This document shows positions 60,409 to 64,000 of a stretch of 64,000 nt of DNA, one piece after another; within the stretch, counting starts at the first letter, position 1; each line of letters starts with the position of its first letter. Both the position numbers and the translations under genes were made by a program. The stretch spans positions 1-64,000 of the forward strand of contig JBDRQD010000030.1 of NCBI GenBank assembly GCA_043826455.1, in the 5' to 3' direction. Origin of the DNA: Candidatus Bathyarchaeota archaeon. Lineage in GTDB: Archaea > Thermoproteota > Bathyarchaeia > TCS64. The notes beneath the pieces are model-generated. The model ran no database searches and had not been told where the DNA came from. It saw nothing but the letters and a program-made list of their open reading frames with translations.

Positions 60409-60591
60409 ATGGCTAAAATAGTGTTTGAAGTGCCGAACGTCTGCGACAGGTGCGGCTTTCACAACTTCAACATAGTTGGATCGATCTACAATGGAGGCTT
60501 CAACTATACTCACCTAGCCGTGCAGTGTATGAGGTGCGGCCACAAACAGGTCGAGATACGCCTCAGACACAGTATTATGGAGACCCTGTAA
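60409..60591 (+). CDS. Small zinc-ribbon protein
   Basis: CDRCG...CMRCG. Confidence 0.55.
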   Translation: MAKIVFEVPNVCDRCGFHNFNIVGSIYNGGFNYTHLAVQCMRCGHKQVEIRLRHSIMETL

Positions 60592-60708
60592 AACCCGCCA
60601 TAAAACAATACATGAAAACCAGAGATGAATAAACACATATTAGATATTCCGTCCACAATGCATTGTACAACCCAATAAAACACAAACCTCATAAACAATA
60701 GTTTCCAT

Positions 60709-61332
60709 ATGGCAACTAAAGTTTACGGTGATAGTATGTTACTCCACAGATACCTTGAAACCCTCCTAGGATCCAAGACCAAAATAAAGATCCTCAGAAC
60801 GCTCCACAGGCACGAAGGAAAAGAATTCACAATAAGAGAACTCTCAAACTTCATCAATACCTCACATACAGGCGTACAAAAAGCACTCCAAGACCTCTAC
60901 GAGATGAACGCGGTAACCCTCAAAGCAGTTGGAAGGTCTCACACAGTGTCACTCAAAGAGGAAAGCCACCTAACCCCAATACTCACCAGCTTATTCAACT
61001 ATGAGGAAGAAACTATTAGGGAACTCCAGAAAGATATCAGAAAACATCTCTGCCATGAACCCACCATAAAACAAGTGAAAATATTCGGCAGCGTAGCCCG
61101 AGGCCAAGAAGAACCTCGAAGCGACATCGACCTCCTAATAATAACCAGCGACAGGGAAAAAACAGAAGAAATCCTCACCGGGTTACAAATCCTGTGTAAC
61201 AATAAATACGGAAACCCCATCATACCCCATATAATAGCAGAGGACGAAAAAAGCAGCCAAAGTCTAATAGAAGAAATACAGGACAAACACATCACCATCT
61301 GCGAGAAAACCCGGGAGATAGAATATGTCTAA
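60709..61332 (+). CDS. wHTH-fused minimal nucleotidyltransferase (MNT antitoxin)
   Basis: N-terminal HTH (FTIRELS...VQKAL..L), IFGSVARG...SDIDLLI. Confidence 0.88.
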   Translation: MATKVYGDSMLLHRYLETLLGSKTKIKILRTLHRHEGKEFTIRELSNFINTSHTGVQKALQDLYEMNAVTLKAVGRSHTVSLKEESHLTPILTSLFNYEEETIRELQKDIRKHLCHEPTIKQVKIFGSVARGQEEPRSDIDLLIITSDREKTEEILTGLQILCNNKYGNPIIPHIIAEDEKSSQSLIEEIQDKHITICEKTREIEYV

Positions 61333-61726
61333 AACAAGGCATGTAAACAAGGAACTCTACCGAAACTATCTTCAAAAAGCACGTGAAAACTTAGAAACCG
61401 CAAAAGAGTCACTACAAGCCGGACGCTGGAACGCCGCCGTAATAAACGCGGTTCACAGCGGCATAAGCGCAACCGACGCCATAACCGTCTTTATGGTGGG
61501 TGTAAGACACGCAGGAGATAGGCACGAGGATGCTCTTGCGTTACTCCAAACCCTAAATCTACCAAAAGATACACTCAGGGCAAAAAGTAGACAACTGAGT
61601 AGACTACTCAGCATCAAGAACGCCTCTGAGTACGAAGAGAGACTCATCAGGGAAAAAGAGGCGATAGAAGCCGTAAAAGACGCTGAAAGATACTTTGAAT
61701 ATGTGGAAGCTATACTTCACACATAA
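61325..61726 (+). CDS. HEPN-domain protein
   Basis: YLQKARENL..A, WNAAVINAVHS, RHED, KNASEY; overlaps the MNT gene. Confidence 0.85.
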   Translation: MSKTRHVNKELYRNYLQKARENLETAKESLQAGRWNAAVINAVHSGISATDAITVFMVGVRHAGDRHEDALALLQTLNLPKDTLRAKSRQLSRLLSIKNASEYEERLIREKEAIEAVKDAERYFEYVEAILHT

Positions 61727-61769
61727 CTCATCATCTATTCTTACATTTTAAGAGGAACTTGATCTTAGG

Positions 61770-62397
61770 TAACCAGCGTCAATAATATATCCCATAGTGG
61801 TCGCAGTCGTCGCCCTGGCCTCCCCAAGTAGTGTACGCGTTATACGCAGAGGGCTACCTGTACGCGGACGCCTACATGAGGCTCTACATGCTTCAGTTCA
61901 TCTCCCTCAGGTTAGGTGGAGTAGGTCTGGTAAGCCTCTTAATCGCGTTAAAGGAGACCCGCGTCGTCTTCACCTATTCTCTCATCAACTTTCTGGTAAC
62001 CATCTCCTTGGGACTGGTACTTATACCGGGGCTTGGCGTCAACGGGCAAATAGCATCCATCACTCTAGGCCCGTTAACCGGGCTATCCTACGGGCTATGG
62101 TGGGTTAAGAAAAATCTGGGCATCACAATCGACTTTACAGTCGCATCCAAAACCCTTCTAGCAGCCATCGCCGCCTGCCTCACCACCAACGTATTCGTCT
62201 CTATGTCTAACCTCAACCCCTGGCTCACTTTGCTTATAGACAGAGCCATATGCATGACCGTCTACGTCGCCTCAGTCATCACATTAAAGGTGCTGAACCA
62301 CAGGGACATAGACAACCTAGAGAACATCACCACCGGCCTAGGACCCCTATCGCCGCCCCTAACACACGTACTCAGATTGTTGAAACAGGTCACCTAG
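61770..62397 (+). pseudogene. 3' remnant of a second flippase
   Basis: Aligns by eye to the C-terminal third of 58692..60257 (YAEGY/YGGGY, LIPGLG/LIPLYG, WWVKKNLG/WWVWKSLG, GPLSPPLT/GPLKLPLT); frameshift near 61825. Confidence 0.75.
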
Positions 62398-62489
62398 TAT
62401 GCGCACGCGGCCCCCCTCTCACCCCTTATATTTCACTGAACCCTAGCCACTTTAAACATGTTTTATAATCTCGTCAACCTAAACCAGCA

Positions 62490-62503
62490 TATTGGTACCA
62501 ATA
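62490..62503. repeat. Perfect palindrome TATTGGTACCAATA, copy 3
   Basis: ATATTGGTACCAATAT preceded by TAAACCA. Confidence 0.9.
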
Positions 62504-62695
62504 TAGCGCCGGGTGCTCACACCCAGCCCAATCAACTCACTTTGGACGCATAAGTGCTATCAAGCTTGATACTGGTTGAATAGCGTCAGTTGTGCCGTTG
62601 AGAAAAAAGGGTGACCTCGCAATGCGGCACATGGTTGGCGGTATCAAAGAAATGGTGTTGATTGGATCTAATTCATTACCTTATCTGTGTTAGCT

Positions 62696-63058
62696 CTACC
62701 TCGATCCTCTCTGAGACCCACGTGGTCCCTGTAGAGCTCCAGTAGGATTACCCGGAGCTCGCCTCTTCTCAGGGTGGTTGGACAGCAGGGCCTCTCTCAG
62801 GTCGGTGACCTGGTCCGATCCCTTCTTGAATGCTTGGATGTACCTGTCACGCAGGTAAGTGTACATGTCTCCCTCGAGGAGGCTGAGTATGATCCTCAGG
62901 GCTGTACCCCTCACCCTGGCATCAGTTGTCTCCAGGAGCCTCTCCATGGCTCCCTGTGTCGCCTCACGCACCCTGCGCCTCGACTCCTCGCTACCCCTGC
63001 TGAGGATGTTCTGGACAACCTTGGTTAAAGGTTGGATGCTGTGTTGACAATGTGTCAT
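62696..63058 (-). pseudogene. Hypothetical helical protein fragment
   Basis: Coding-like central part with degenerate ends. Confidence 0.3.
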
Positions 63059-63454
63059 AAGCAGTATAGCGACCTTACAATGTGCTTGTTGAGTGGTTCA
63101 AGGTGAAGCGCATGCGGTTATTGGTGCTGTCAGAGGCTCTACTCTGGGATCGTCTATAGCTCTCGAGGAACTTGAGGCCTTAGGATGCACGCTAGTAGGA
63201 GCGCCCAGGTCCAAGGGAGAACCTGTTGACAGCGGCGATCATGGATGCGAGGATGTCTATATCTTGTTGAGGATCATGCGGGTTATGGCGGCGAAAGCGG
63301 CTGCGTAAGCATCCATGGTGAGAGGTTGCATAGACTGAAGATTTGGGCAGGTGGCGTGGTGAGTTTACTATGAGCTTCGCCCAGTGTTCTCAGGGTATCT
63401 ACGATTTAATGTCTTTTTTCAGATAGACCATAGTACACATTGGGGAGTCCTCGG

Positions 63455-64000
63455 CCCTCCAGGAAACCAGTTATTGGCTACACGTGTGGGGACCAGGAAC
63501 TCTTCAACGAACTGGTTGAAAAGGTACTTCCTAACCAACGGGTTGGCTGGCGCTCAAGGATTCGCTCAAGACCCTGTTGAGACTGAAGGAACTGGGCATC
63601 GCCGTTGGGAAACCTCCTTTGTAGGTAGGTTCGATAACCATGGGAGCCTAACAGGAACTTGGGTCATAACTACAGCAGGAGCAGCCTTAACCTGAGCCGG
63701 AACCAGTTGGGGAACCTCCTCAACTTAAGCAACAACCTGTTAATGAACCTCAGTAGAACCAGGCTAAGCAACCTAAACCTGAACTTAAACTATACTTACT
63801 AGAAATTCAGTTCCTAGGGACTGGTCCTTCGTGGCCGCCCGTTCAAGTTCAGTTTCAGGTTCCAATAGGGGTATAACAACCGGTTCACAAACTGGTTCAC
63901 TCAGGTTCCTCTCAGGTTTCCTTCGTGTTATGCTCAGGTTTCTCTCAGGTTCAATTTGGCTATCCTCCAGTTATCGCTTGGTTTCCATCAGGCTTTCCCA
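63455..64000. repeat. Non-coding region dense in AACC/GGTT short repeats
   Basis: CTCAGGTT x4 (63900-63950); imperfect 21-bp inverted repeat 63770-63790/63841-63861; repeated AACCAGTT/AACTGGTT. Confidence 0.65.

Noticed and set aside
63455..64000. CRISPR array or canonical ORB origin
   Set aside because: No constant-length repeats with unique spacers; no clear ORB consensus or cdc6 gene in the window

Overview
Archaeal chromosome segment, probably Bathyarchaeia (Thermoproteota). The taxonomy is inferred from Alba, a BHB-type tRNA intron, TATA-box promoters, a KaiC-like ATPase, a DUF5752-like protein and IPT/PKD-rich surface proteins. From left to right: (1-8 kb) a >1140-aa secreted DUF11-type protein missed by the ORF track, a DEAD-box helicase, an atypical alanine racemase, a cysteine-synthase-family enzyme and a tRNA(CAU) with a non-canonical 43/44 intron; (8-12 kb) small accessory genes; (12-23 kb) Alba, surface proteins, GGT and acetamidase; (23-29 kb) a receiver protein, a secreted MBL hydrolase and a 7TM/DUF835-like sensor converging on a KaiC-like ATPase-GH3 acyl-amido-synthetase operon, a candidate undescribed signalling system; (29-39 kb) glycerol kinase and amide/amine catabolic genes; (39-46 kb) three pyrrolysine-free MtmB-family methyltransferases with a corrinoid protein and a RamA-like activator; (46-64 kb) a surface-variability region with an S-layer-like gene and a flippase, each followed by a toxin-antitoxin module and then a diverged 3' remnant of itself. 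This last region holds about seven intact TA pairs, dispersed repeats and palindromes. No integrase, transposase, CRISPR array or rRNA was recognised. All family calls come from motif recognition by eye; no searches were run.
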